NCBI GenBank assembly: GCA_963575745.1
Contig: CAUYUJ010000219.1
Location: 1-64,000, forward strand
Direction of reading: 5' to 3'
DNA from: Prorocentrum cordatum
Taxonomy: Eukaryota
Length of the DNA stretch: 64,000 nt
The position numbers and the translations under genes are program-made. Shown here piece after piece: positions 24,121-36,609 of the stretch. Within the stretch, counting starts at the first letter, position 1. Every line of letters begins with the position of its first letter. The notes below the pieces were generated by a model, which was not told the DNA's origin, did no database searches, and saw only the letters and a program-made list of their open reading frames with translations.

Positions 24121-27100
24121 GTGGTGGAGCTGGTATCGGCCAACACCACCGCGTGGGGCTCGGCGCAGGCGCTGGTCGAGTGGCTGCACGACGACGTGGG
24201 GCGGCTGCCTGCGGTGCTCTGCCTCCAAGAGCATCGCCTCAAGGGCAAGCAGGCGATGGCCCGCGCGGCGGGCTGGACGCAGGCGCGCGGCTTCAGCTGG
24301 CATGGCCAGGCAGCGCTGCCGACGGGCTCAGGGCCGTTGGAGAGCTCGGGCGGAGTGGCCGTGGCCACGCTGCGGCCGTCGGCGGCCGCCGCCGCGCCAG
24401 GGCTCCCTGCCCATCGGTTCCAGGTGTGTGAGGTGAACCTGAGGTTCAGGGAGCCGTGCCGCGTCATCTCGGCCTACTGCATCACGAAGATAGGCAGGGC
24501 GAAGGAGAACATCGGGCTCCTGGCAGCGCTGCACGAGTTCGTGGGGCAGCTGGAGTCGCCGTGGGTCGTGATGGGCGACTGGAACATGGAGCCCGTGGAC
24601 GTCCGCGAGTGGGCGCGCAGCGCAGGCGGTGCGCTCGTGTGCCCAGAGGGGCCGACCTGCGGCTCGAAGGTCTTCGACTTCGCGGTGGTCAGCAGGGTCC
24701 TCACGGGCTTTGTGGACGTGGCCGAGGTGCTGCTGAGGGCGCCGACGAAGGACCACGTGCCGTTCAAGGTGGTGCTCCGCGGCGTAGCGCCAGATGCGAA
24801 GGTGCAGCGGCCGCTCTTCCCTGCCGCCTTCCCGCTGCCGCTGCCGCCGCCAGCGCGGCCAGCGCCGCTCGAGCGTGCCTTCTCGGCCTGGAGGCCTGAA
24901 GGAAGGCAGTCGATCGAGGAGGGCTGCCAGGAGTGGTTCGAGGCGGTCGAGGCCTACCTGATCGACCTCTACGAGATCGCGCCGCCCAGCCGCTGGGAGG
25001 GGCGCGCGGGCGGGCTTCGCACGCAGAGGGTCGTGATGGAGGTAGCCTGGAAGCAGGACTGCAAGAGGAGCGTCGGCGCTGCCTGCAGGCGCTGGATGTC
25101 GTTCGCGGCGGCATGCGCCCGCTGGCGCGCGCTGCAGGAGGCGGCGACTGGAGGGCGCTGTTGGGCGCCGCTGCGCAAGCAGCAGGAGGTTCTGATGGCG
25201 TTCGAGCTCGAGTGGCCAGAGGAGGGCCCGCTGGCAGGGCTGTCGGTGGCCCGCGTGATGAGCCTGCTCAGCTCCTCCTCGTGCCAGCTGACGGTGCAGT
25301 TCGTCCAGGAAGAGGCGAGACGGCGCTGGAGGCTGGACAAGCAGCGGGAGGCCGCGGAGTGGCGCGCCTGGGCCCAGGCCGCGGCCACCGAGAAGGGCGG
25401 CTCGGCGGCCTACCGCTTCATCAAGCAGGTCGCGGTGGTGCCCACGGAGGTGCTCGCGGGCGTGGACGGCAGCGACGACCTGCGCATGCCCGTCGCGGGC
25501 GAGGCTGCAGTGGCGGCGCTGCTGGAGGCGTGGCAGCCGCTCTGGGTCAAGCCGTCGCGGGCAGGCGAGGCAGCGCCTGAGAACTGGGACATCCAGGAGT
25601 CGGTGTTGCCGCCGCTGGAGCTTGAGGACCTCGAGCGCGTCCTGGGCACCTACCGCGAGGGGTGTGGCCTTGGGTGGGATAGGCTCCACCCGAAGCGGCT
25701 GCTGCGCCTCCCGCGGACCTATAGGCAGCGCTTCCCGGAGCTCCTCATGGCCTGGGAGCGGAAGCCTTCGCGGGAAGCGCTGTGGCAGCTGATCGTGGTG
25801 TTCATCCCCAAGGCCACTGGCGGCCAGCGGCCGATCGGCCTCACGGCCATCTGGCTGAGGGTCTGGAGCAGGCTGCGGCAGCCGCTGGTGGCCCGCTGGG
25901 AGGCCTCGCTGGAGAACCCTGCCTTCTGGGGCACGTCGGAGAGCCCGTGCGAGCGCGCGGGGGTGGTGCACAACCTCCTGGCGGCCTTCGCGCGCAGCAG
26001 AGGCCTCTCGGCGGTCACGGGCGTCACCGACCTGGCGAAGTTCTACGAGCACGTCAGCCACGAGGAGCTGCGCGTGCAGGCGGCCGCCGCGGAGTTCCCG
26101 CTCGCGCTGCTGCAGTGCTACTGCGTGTCGTACCGCACGCAGCGCCGCGTGTCCTGGCGCGGCTCGGTCTCCAAGCCGTTCGAGGCGAACGGCACCATCG
26201 TGGCGGGCTGCAGCGGCGCGGTCGAGCTGGCCAAGCTGCTGGTGCACACCCTCTTCGTGAAGATCGAGCGAGAGAACCCTGTGGTGCGCCTGCAGAATGT
26301 CGTCGACGACGCGCTGCTGCAGGCGGTCGGCGGCAGGGCGCAGGTGGCGCAGCAGCTCCCCAGGGCCATGGCGGCCCTCACGGAGGGCCTGGTCGCCAAG
26401 GGGCTGGTCATCTCGCAGGCGAAGACGGGCTACCTGGCGAACAGCGAGGACCTCGGCGACGAGCTGGACGGCCGCTGGGCGCACGGGCCGCTGGCCCGCT
26501 GGACTGGCGCCCGGTGCCTCGGCGGCGGCGCCGCTGATGGGCGCTGGAGGCGCGTGCGCGAGCAGGACGCTCGGCTTGGCCGCGCGGCGGAGGTCAGCGC
26601 GAGGGCGCGCCTGTTGCGCAGCGCAGGTGCGCAGGTGGGCCACATCCAGAGAGGCAGCCCCAGGGCCACTGCCATCTGGGGCTCCGCGGTGACGGGCCTC
26701 GCCTGTGGGAAGCTGCATGGCCTGCGGATCGCCGCCATGCGTGCGGAAGGCAGGTTGCCCATGGGCGCCAGCGTCGGCCTGCGGCTGCGGGCGATGCGCG
26801 GCGCGGCCTACCGCGACCCCTTCGTGGTGCATGCGGTGGAGGTGGCGCGCTCCTGGGGCATGACGCTGGAGACGGGCCTGCCCAGCGCCGCGGTGGTGCA
26901 GGAGTGCTGGCTTGGGGCGCAAGGCCTGCTCGACCTTTGCCGCCCCTGGGGGCAGTGCCGCGACCCTGCGCAGGCGTGCGTGCTGGCGCTGAGGCGGGTC
27001 GGCATCGAGATGGTGGCCTTCAATACCGTCATTGGCTGGCAGGCGCGTGTCCTCTCGCTGGAGTTCTACTCGCCTGGCATGCCGGCGCAGGCGGCGCGGG

Positions 27101-28971
27101 AGTCGGCGATGCTGGCCTCGGACGTGCTCGCGCTGAAGCGGCTGCGGGGGCCAGGAGCCTGGGCGTGGCCAGTGCACTGGAAGGGGCTCGAGCGCCTCCT
27201 CCACGCGCGCCGCCGCCCCGAGGGGCAGGCCGACGCCGAGGCCGCCGAGGGCGCAGGCTGCCAGGAGCCCGCGCCGCCGCAGCCGCACTGGCAGGCCCGC
27301 CACAGGCGAGCGCTCGCAGCGGTCCTCGGCGGCCCCCACTGGCCGCAGGAGCGCCTCTGGAAGGAGGGCAAGGCGCGCGACGGCCTGCGCCGCCTCTGCG
27401 GAGGCCGCGGCACGCTGTGGCACAGGGCCTTCGAGTGCGAGGCCTGGCAGATGCTGCGGCGGGATGCGCGCTCGCGGGACCTGCTGGAGGGGGCGCGGCT
27501 GGTGGCGCAGCGCGGGGACGCTGCGGCGGAGCTCTTCGCGCGGGCGCTGTGCCCCGACCCCGCCCTGGCCTTCCCCGCGACGGCCGACGCCGCGCTCGCG
27601 GCCCCGCGCTGGTTCGGAGTGCCGCCTGGCTCGAAGTTCGAGGGCAGGGTCTTCGTGGACGGCAGCGCCAGGTTTCCTGCGCTGCGCGGGGCCCGCCGCG
27701 CTGGCTGGGCGGTCGTGCAGATCGGCCTCAGCGGGGAGGTCATTGGCGGGATGCACGGCATCGTCCCGCGGGCGCACGGGCCCAAGCAGGAGGCCAGGGA
27801 CGGCGAGGACTACGCGTTCCACATGCTGGCCCAGTTCTGGTTGCCGTCGGCCGATGGCTCGGGCCTCGAGGTCTTCTGCGACTGCGCGGGCACGGTCGGC
27901 TTGGCGCTCTCGCAGGGCAAGGCCCTCGCGCCACTGCAGGCGCGCCGCCACCTCTGGCAGGAATGGTGGGCTGGGCCAGGCCCGACGGCCACGGTGCGGA
28001 AGGTCAAGGCGCACAAGGAGCTCTCGGCAGCTGCCACCTGGGAGGAGGAGCTCCTGATCAGGGGCAACAGGGCAGCTGACCTGTGGGCCAAGCGAGGCGC
28101 GGCGCTGTGGCAAATCTACGAGGAGAAGGTATGGTTCCTCCAGGCGTGTGCCTGGCGCGTGGAGGAGCTCGGGCGCTGGGTCGGCGAGCTGGCCGCCACC
28201 ATGGTGGACCGAGAGCAGCTGGACTCAGACGGGGTCGTGGGCACGGCCGACCTCGTCTACGACATCCCGCAGGAGGCGCTTGACGCGGCGGAGCAGGCCG
28301 ACGCGGAGGTGGCGGCGCTGGCGCTCGAGGCCGACCTCGAGCTCGGCCAGACGCCTGGCGCTGCTGCTGGGGCTGCTGCTGGAGAGGAGCATGACCAGGC
28401 GCCCGCCGCTGCCGCGGCTGCCGAGCTGGCGGAGGCGGCTGTGGCCGCTCCCGAGCTGAAGGCCGCGATTGCAGGGGCTGGAGTGGCGCGGGAGGTTCGT
28501 GGGCACTGCATCGTCGTCTCGCGCCTCGAGAATGGAGATGGTGCCGTGGCCTGGTGCATGAAGTGTGGTTGCCGATTCTGGAAGCGGTCCCCTCCTGCTG
28601 GGACAGGCCTGCTGGGCAGCTGCAAGGGACGGCCAGCCCCATGAGAAAGGGCGGCGGAGGCGCGGCGGCTCCTGATGCGCCTCCAGGAGCCCAAGAGCAA
28701 GGCCAGGCTCTCGGCCCCGCAGCCGCCCACGCTGGAGGAGCAGGCGCGGCTCGCGGCGGTGCTCCGCGACGGCGCAGGCGGCGAGGCAGGCGCAGGCGCT
28801 CCCGCTGGTGCAGGGAGGCCGCCGCGCTGGGGGCTGCGGCCCGTCGTGGCGGACGCCTGGCAGGCGGCGGAGCTCCACGGCTTCGCCTCGCCCACCGCTG
28901 CGGCCCGCTGGGCGAGGGCTCGCGTGGCGGCGGGCAAGGAGTCGCCCTTCGGCGACGGTGGCGCGGACTGA
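24121..28971 (+). CDS. LINE-A ORF2: AP endonuclease - reverse transcriptase - RNase H - C-terminal Cys/His domain (one in-frame TGA at 28642-28644)
   Basis: APE: VSANTT, CLQEH, SSGGVAV, VMGDWN, FDFAVVS, DHVP. RT: FIPKATGGQRPIGL, DLAKFYEHV, IVAGCSGA, NVVDD. RNH: VFVDGS, RDGEDYA, VFCDC, KVKAH, GNRAADLWAKRGA. C-terminus: WCMKCG. The same frame stays open past the TGA to 28971. Confidence 0.92.
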
Positions 28972-29052
28972 CAGCCGCGCTGACGGCACCTGGTTTAGCC
29001 TGCCGGCAGGGCGCCAGGGGGCCGAACAAAAAAATGGCCCAAAATGGCCTCG

Positions 29053-29186
29053 TCCTCCTCCTCCTCCTCCTCCTCCTCCTCCTCCTCCTCCTCCTCCTCC
29101 TCCTCCCCCTCCTCCTCCGCCTCCTCCTCCTCCTCCTCCTCCTCCTCCTCCTCTCCTCCTCCGCACTCCTCCTCCCTCCCCGCCGC

Positions 29187-29217
<31 letters not shown>

Positions 29218-29280
29218 GCCGCATCAGCATCAGCATCATCAGCATCAGCATCAGCATCAGCATCAGCATCAGCATCATCA

Positions 29281-29335
<55 letters not shown>

Positions 29336-29409
29336 CATCATCATCATCATCATCATCATCATCGTCATCATCGTCATCATCATCACCGCCGCCGCCGCCA
29401 CCATGGTCG

Positions 29410-29474
<65 letters not shown>

Positions 29475-29519
29475 GTAACCATCGTCATCATCATTAGCAG
29501 CATCATCAGCATCAGCAGC

Positions 29520-29577
<58 letters not shown>

Positions 29578-29757
29578 GGCAGCATCATCATCACCACCGC
29601 CGCCGCCACCACCATGGTCATCATCATCATCAACAACATCATCATCATCAGTATCGTCATGATCAACATCAGCATCATCATCATTATTATCATCAGCATC
29701 ATCATCATCAATATCATCATCAGCAGCGTCATCATGTTCAACAACCTAATCGTCATA

Positions 29758-29791
<34 letters not shown>

Positions 29792-30214
29792 ACAACATCA
29801 TCATCATCAATCATCCTCGTCATCGCCATCGTCATCGTAATCAAAAACGTCGTCGTCATCGTCAGCATCATCATCATCGTCATCGTCAGCATCATCAGCA
29901 TCATCATCATCCCCGACGTCGTCGTCGTGGTCACCATCATCATCCTCATCATCACCATCATCCTCATCCTCATTCTCACCATCTTCATCATCCTCATCTT
30001 CACCATCATTCTCATCATCATGGCCAGTATCGTCATCATTCTCATGCTCATCATCATCCTCCCCATCCTCATCATCATCAGCATCATCAGTCCAAGCATC
30101 CGCATCGTCATCATCATCAGCATCATCAGCATCATCATCAGCAACTTCATCATCATCGGCAGCAGCAGCAACATCATCATCATCAGTTTCCTCATCCTCA
30201 TCATCCAGCTCATG

Positions 30215-30254
<40 letters not shown>

Positions 30255-30550
30255 GCATCATCATCATAATCATCATCATCATAAGATTCATCATCATCGG
30301 CAGCAGCATCATCATGGTCACCATCATCATCGTCCTCATCATCATCATCGTCATCCTCAGCATCATCGTCATCATCATCATCATCATCATCACCGTCGTC
30401 GTCGTCTTTAGTATCCTCCTCCTAATCCTCCTCATCCTCCTCATCATCCTTATCATCATCATCATCATCACCAGCCTCATGATCCACATCATCATCAGGA
30501 CCAACATCATCATCAGCAACACCACCGTCATTCTCACCATCATCATCATC

Positions 30551-30584
<34 letters not shown>

Positions 30585-30773
30585 TCGTCATCATAATCAT
30601 CATCCTCGTCCTCATCCTCGTCGTCATCATCATTATCATCACCATCATCATCTATCACCATCATCATCAACATCATCATCTCCACCACCCATCATCATCA
30701 TCATCATCATCATCAACATCATCATCATCATCAGCATCATCACAATCATCAGCAGCAAGTTCATCATCATCAA

Positions 30774-30804
<31 letters not shown>

Positions 30805-31056
30805 GTCATCATCATCATCATCATCATCAGGAGCGGCTGCAGCATCAGCATCCTCAGTATCATCCTCCTCCTCCTCATCCCCTTCACCATCATCCTCATC
30901 ATCATCAGAATCATCAGAATCATCAGCAGCATCATCATCGTCATCCTCAGCATCATCATTATCATCAGCATCACCATCATCATCCTCGTCCTTACCCTCA
31001 TCCTCATCCTCGTCGTCATCAGCATCATCCTTCTCATCATCATACTCACCATCACC

Positions 31057-31090
<34 letters not shown>

Positions 31091-31493
31091 CCATCATCAT
31101 CCGGAGCAGTATCACCACCACAAACACCACCACCACCACCCTTCTTCCTCCCCGCCCGCGCAGGCCGAGCGCTGACCGCCCTCCCAGGGCGAGCGGCACC
31201 TGCACGTGCCCTTCGCGGGGCACGCGGTGCTGGAAGTGCTTCTGCAGCATCCCCTGCGGCGGCCGGGCCCGCGGCTCCCCGCGCACCCCGCGCCCGCACG
31301 GGGCGGGCCCTGGCCGTCCCCACGGGAGCGACGACGATGATGACGACGATGATGACGATGATGACGATGAGGATGACGATGACGACGATGACGATGATGA
31401 TGATAATGTTGATGATGATAATGATGATGATGATGATGATGATGACGACGACGATGATGACGATGACGACGATGACGATGACGATGATGACGG

Positions 31494-31527
<34 letters not shown>

Positions 31528-31771
31528 AAGGTTGATGATGATGATGACGATTACGATGATGATGATGATGATGATAATGATGATGATGATCATGATGACG
31601 ATTATGATGATGATGATGATGATGATGATGCTCAAGAGGATGACGATTATGATGATGATGCTGATGATGATGATGACGATGATGGCGATGATGATGACGA
31701 CGACGGTGATAATGATGATGACAATGATGACAATGATGATGATGACGACGACGGTGATAATGATGATGACA

Positions 31772-31820
<49 letters not shown>

Positions 31821-31830
31821 CCATCATCAT
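29053..31830. repeat. (CCT)n, (CAT)n field, ~190-bp unique GC-rich core, then inverted (GAT)n field
   Basis: Direct reading; strand orientation of the ATC repeat flips across ~31140-31330. Confidence 0.93.
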
Positions 31831-32004
31831 TCCCCAATCAGAGCTTACCTCTGTAGGGGTCCCAGCGGATTCATATGGTTAGATGAGGTGGGGCGCCGAT
31901 TTCGGCGGCACACCCGGAAACCCGGGGGCCCGGGGGCCCGGGTGAGGTTCGCCGCCGATTTCCGCGGTGCCCGGGTGCCCAGGTGCCTGGGTGCCCGGGT
32001 GCTT

Positions 32005-32560
32005 CATAGCCCTATAGCTCTGTAGCCCTTCAGCCCTATAGCCCTATGGCTCTTTAGCCCTATAGCCCTGTAATCCTATAGCCATATAGCCCTGTAGTCA
32101 AATAGCCCTGTAGCCCTATGGCCCTATAGCCCTATGGTTCTATAGCCCTATGGTTCTATGGCCCTGTAGCCTGATAGCCCTATGGTTCTATAGCCCTTCA
32201 GCCCTATAGCCCTATGGCAAGGTAGCCCTATTGCCCTATAGCCCTATAGCCCTGTAGTCAAACAGCCCTACAGCCCTGTAGCCCTATAGCCCCATAGCCT
32301 TATAGCCCTATAGCCCTATAGCCCTGTAGCCCTATAGCCCTATAGCCCAATCGCCCTATAGCCCTATAGCTCTATAGCCCCATAGCCTTATAGCCTTATA
32401 ACCCTATGGCCCTATAGCCCGATAGTCCTATAGCCCTGTAGCGCTATAGCTCTATATGCCTATAGCCCTATAACCCTATAACCCTATAGCCCTATAGCCC
32501 GATAGCCCTATAGCCCTATAGTCCTATAACGCTATAGCTCCATAGCCCCATAGCCCTATA
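32005..32560. repeat. 8-bp minisatellite (atagccct)n
   Basis: Dozens of tandem tatagccc-like units. Confidence 0.95.
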
Positions 32561-33335
32561 TCCCTAAAAAATGATGATTTGGTGTTGATCTGGTATCATG
32601 CTGATGATATGATGTTGATGATGAGGGGGAGAGGAGGAGGAGGAGGAGGAGGAGGAGGAGGAGGAGGAGGAGAGGAGGAGGAGCACGGTGATGATGGTGG
32701 TGATGATGATCATGATGATGATGATGCTGATGGTGATAATGAGGCTGATGATGATGGTGGTGATGATAATGATAATGAACATCATAATCATAATGAGGAT
32801 GATTATGGTGGTGATCATGGTGATGATAGTGATGATATAGATGATGTTGATGACGATGATGATCATCATCATGATGGCGATGATGATGTTGAAAAACGAC
32901 GAGAAATCCACAATGCCCCAGCCTCGAGAAAGGCGAGACTGGGACCAGAGCAGTGCGCAGTGCAAGGGACAAGGATGGGGTGCAGTGGCGGCCCGAACGA
33001 AACGGCGGGGGCGACCATGGACGAGGCGGCAGGCAGAACGAGGAACCTGGGCAGAACAGACGCAAGAATGAGACAGTGGCAGCACGAACCGCCACATACT
33101 TTTTGGCGTCGCGGCCCCGCGCGCAGCGACAGGGCGTAGAAAGGTCAGAGAGGCGGGCGCGCACGCACGCTTGAAGGCCCAGCCCTCAAGCCGCTCGGAA
33201 CAATCAGCGCCAGCAGCTGGTCATAAACCATCCTTACAGTCAGCGCCAGCAGTTCGCAACCAGCTCGGAACAACCAGCCGCTCGCAACAATCAGCGCCAG
33301 CAGCTGTGCTCAGCTGCGCTGCGTCTTTGCTCTTA

Positions 33336-33488
33336 CAGTCGGCCTTGATTGGAAAGGACACGCGAGAGGACAGAAGACCCTTCCGGGGGCCACGTTGCCA
33401 CAGAAATGCAGGAAGCATGGGTCACAAGACACAGGACACGAGGTGACCCTTGATCTGGCAGGGTCGACCTACTAATCCGGGCCGCCTG
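33336..33488. mobile_element. Tc1/mariner-type MITE (CAGTCG...CTG, TA flanks)
   Basis: ta|cagtcggccttgattgg ... ctaatccgggccgcctg|ta. Homologous copies at 36263 and 60321 share ttccgagggccacattgcca and ggtcgac(c)tact. Confidence 0.8.
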
Positions 33489-33904
33489 TATGGACACTGC
33501 GCAGGCCTGACGAAGGCTTGAGAGGTCCCTTCCAATGTTGTGCCGTCTGCTTTGGCGGCGGAGCGCGTCGATGCTACACGGAGACGGCACCCGTCGCTGG
33601 GCCGAGCGCCACGAGCCGTGCGTGCGCTTCCCCCCGATGAAGACGGCGCAAGACCTCCAGGACCCGCTTCCCTCGGAACGCCTCCCCAGACATTGGACTG
33701 TCTGATTTTTCCCCAATCAGTGCTTGCACTGAAAAATTTTCTCTCGCCCACACGTGTTTCCAAAAGGGGGCTTCAGAGACAAGAAAGCGAAAGAGGAAAA
33801 GGCCTGGAACGCGCCCAGAGCAGGCGGAGCTGGGCCATCGGGCCTCAGTCCAAGCTCGCTATTGCGACATCTAGTGCACGTCAGCCTACACGACGAGCAG
33901 CGCA

Positions 33905-34630
33905 TAGATACATACATACATACATACATACAGACAGACAGACAGACAGGCATACATGCATACCATCACACAACATAGCATAACATACTATAATATAACA
34001 TAACATAACATAACATAACATAACATAACATAGCATGGTATGCCATGACATAGCATAACATGGCATAGAATAGCATAACATAACATACCATAACATCACA
34101 TATCATAACATACCATAACATAGCATATCATGGCATAACATAACATAACATGTCATACCATAACATAACAAAACAGAACATGGCATACCATAGCATACCA
34201 TACCAAACCATGCCGTGCCATACCATACCATACCATACCACACCATTATATACATACATACATACATACATACATACATACATACATACATACATACATA
34301 CTTACTTACATACATGCATGCATGCATGCATGCATGCATACATTAATGCATATATATATACATACATACATACATGCATGCATGCATGCATACATACATA
34401 CATACATGCATGCATGCATAACATGGCATACCATAACATAGCATAGCATGGCATACCATAGCATAGCATAACATAACATGCCATATCATAGCATAACATG
34501 ACATAACATAGCATAATTTAACATAACATAACATAAACATTAGCATCTACATACATGCCTGCATACATACAATAATACAACAATACATTACATGAACTTA
34601 TAACATATATATATATATATATATATATAT
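33905..34630. repeat. (CATA)n/(CATAA)n/(CATG)n/(TA)n microsatellites
   Basis: Direct reading. Confidence 0.95.
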
Positions 34631-34838
34631 TACGGGTGTGCGTCTTCCCCCAAATTCCCAATATTTCCCATATCCTCTTGGGGAATCGACGATTCTCTGT
34701 CTGTGTGTGTTTCTTCCCCGCCCCGCTCCGCCTCCGCCCCCCGAGCAACGCGGGCCCGTGCGCGCGCGCGCTGGGCGGCCTCCATGGTGGCCACGTCCCC
34801 GTCCCCGAGCCTTCGGGCCGGCGGCGCCGGGCCCCCGC

Positions 34839-35020
34839 TCAAGTCGGGCCTGTCCCCCTACAGGGGGATTGTCGACGGAAAAAAAAAAAAAAAAAAAAAA
34901 AATAATATATATATATTATATATTATATATATATAATGGTCGAAAAATAATCAAAAAATAGTCTGGTGACTATTTTTGAATATTTGTTGACCTTCTTGTA
35001 GGGGGACAGGCCCGACTTAA
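34839..35020. mobile_element. MITE with TIR (T)TAAGTCGGGCCTGTCCCCCTACA
   Basis: aagtcgggcctgtccccctaca ... tgtagggggacaggcccgacttaa; AT-rich interior. Confidence 0.85.
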
Positions 35021-35954
35021 GCCCCCGCAGCCCCCCGCCGCCCACGCAGAGATCCAACGCACGTCCATGACTTAAGCAGTGGGGGGCGATCAAACCCAGA
35101 CCTCCAGCGTCTCAAGAAAAAACCCGAGACGGAGAAATTTTGGCGCTCTTCTCGGCCTCTGCGGGCCCTCGCCGGGCCCCAGGAGCGTCAAATCAAAAAA
35201 CGCCTCGGGACGAAGAGTCAGCCGCGGGGAAGGACACGGAACTCCAGGGACCCCGTCTTGAGAAACTCAAAGCGTCGGATGTCCCGGCTCGCTCGGCGGA
35301 CCACCCGCAGGTCGGCTCACACGGGGTGCGCTGCCCCTGCGGCAGGCGTGCGCTTGCGCTCCTCCGGCCCGTGCGCTGGATGGTCAAGGAGCCGGCCACT
35401 TCACTCCTCCTCCTCCTCCTCCTCCTCCTCCTCCTCCTCCTCCTCCTCCTCCTCTGCCTCCTCCTGCTTCTCCTCTTCTTTTTCTGATTATTAGTATTAT
35501 CCTTATTCCTGCGTCTTTACTATTACTCATTTTATCATAAGCCTATTATTCGAATTCATAATGATATTTGTCTTATTCTCAGTATCATTATTTGTCTTAC
35601 TCTTGGTCTTAATCGCATTGTTAGTATTACTATTTTTCTTATTCCTCCTCCTCCTCCTCCTCCTCCTCCTCCTCCTCCTCCTCCCTCCTCCTCCTCCGTC
35701 CTCCTCCTCCTCCATCCTCCTCCTCTCCTCCTCCTCCTCCTCCTCTCCTCCTCCTCCTCCTCCTCCTCCTCCTCCCCTCCTCCTCCTCCTCCTCCTCCTC
35801 CTCCTCCTCCTCCTCCTCCTCCTCCTGTGCGCGGGACTGGGCGGGGGTGAGAAAGGTGCGCTGCTCGGGCCCCGAAGGCCCCCTCTTGGGGGGGCCCCCG
35901 AGGTCCCCTTGCGGAGGGCCCTGACGAGCCTCTTTCGGGGCCCTGGAGTTCGGT

Positions 35955-36129
35955 TTAGGTCGGGCCTGTCCCCCTACAGGGGGGTTTTCGACGAACAAAA
36001 AAAACACCCCCAAAAGGTCAAAAAGTAAACATCGTCCCCAGACTATGTTTTGATTATTTTTGGACCATTTTTAGGGTATCTTGCACTTTTCGTCGACAAT
36101 CCCCCTGTAGGGGGACAGGCCCGACTTAA
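35955..36129. mobile_element. Second copy of the GTCGGGCCTGTCCCCCTACAGG MITE
   Basis: ttaggtcgggcctgtccccctacaggggg ... ccccctgtagggggacaggcccgacttaa. Confidence 0.85.
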
Positions 36130-36131
36130 AG

Positions 36132-36421
36132 TTAGGTCGGGCATATCCCCCTACAGGCGGATTTCGGACGAAAAAACAAAAATAACTGAAACAAAACATC
36201 AAACATAGCAAAACAGAATTATTACATGTTCATATATATATATACATATATATATATATATTCAGTCGGACTTCATTGGACAGGGCACGCGAGAGCAAGA
36301 CCGTTCCGAGGGCCACATTGCCATAGGAATATAGGAATGCAAGAGGCACGGGTCGCGAGACGCAGGATACCAACGCACCCTTGATTTCGCAGGGTCGACC
36401 TACTAATCTGGGCCGACTGCA

Positions 36422-36513
<92 letters not shown>

Positions 36514-36609
36514 CATATGTATATATATATATATGTGTGTGTGGTCCCCCCACACTACTTCCTGACTATCTTCAGATTCTCCTCCTGTAGAGGGACGTGC
36601 CCGCCTTAA
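36132..36609. mobile_element. Third copy of the same MITE, with a nested Tc1-type MITE (36263-36419) in (TA)n
   Basis: ttaggtcgggcatatccccctacagg ... cctgtagagggacgtgcccgccttaa; inner cagtcgg...ccgactg. Confidence 0.75.

Larger units (their letters stand above)
22893..29052 (+). mobile_element. LINE-A: near full-length non-LTR retrotransposon (ORF1 + APE-RT-RNase H ORF2) embedded in (CCT)n
   Basis: ORF1 and ORF2 motifs as listed in the next two features; (CCT)n on both sides; degenerate DinoSL at the 5' junction. Confidence 0.92.

Noticed and set aside
24328..28113. 1261-aa antisense ORF (likewise 57827-60229 + and 58659-60128 -)
   Set aside because: These are shadow ORFs caused by high GC3 of the real coding frame, with no motifs.
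21583..28644. 2353-aa ORF as a single real protein
   Set aside because: The first ~460 aa are MITE and (CCT)n sequence. The true coding parts are LINE ORF1 (from 22966) and ORF2.
32005..32560. Telomeric repeat
   Set aside because: The unit is the 8-bp atagccct, not TTTAGGG/CCCTAAA, and it is interstitial.
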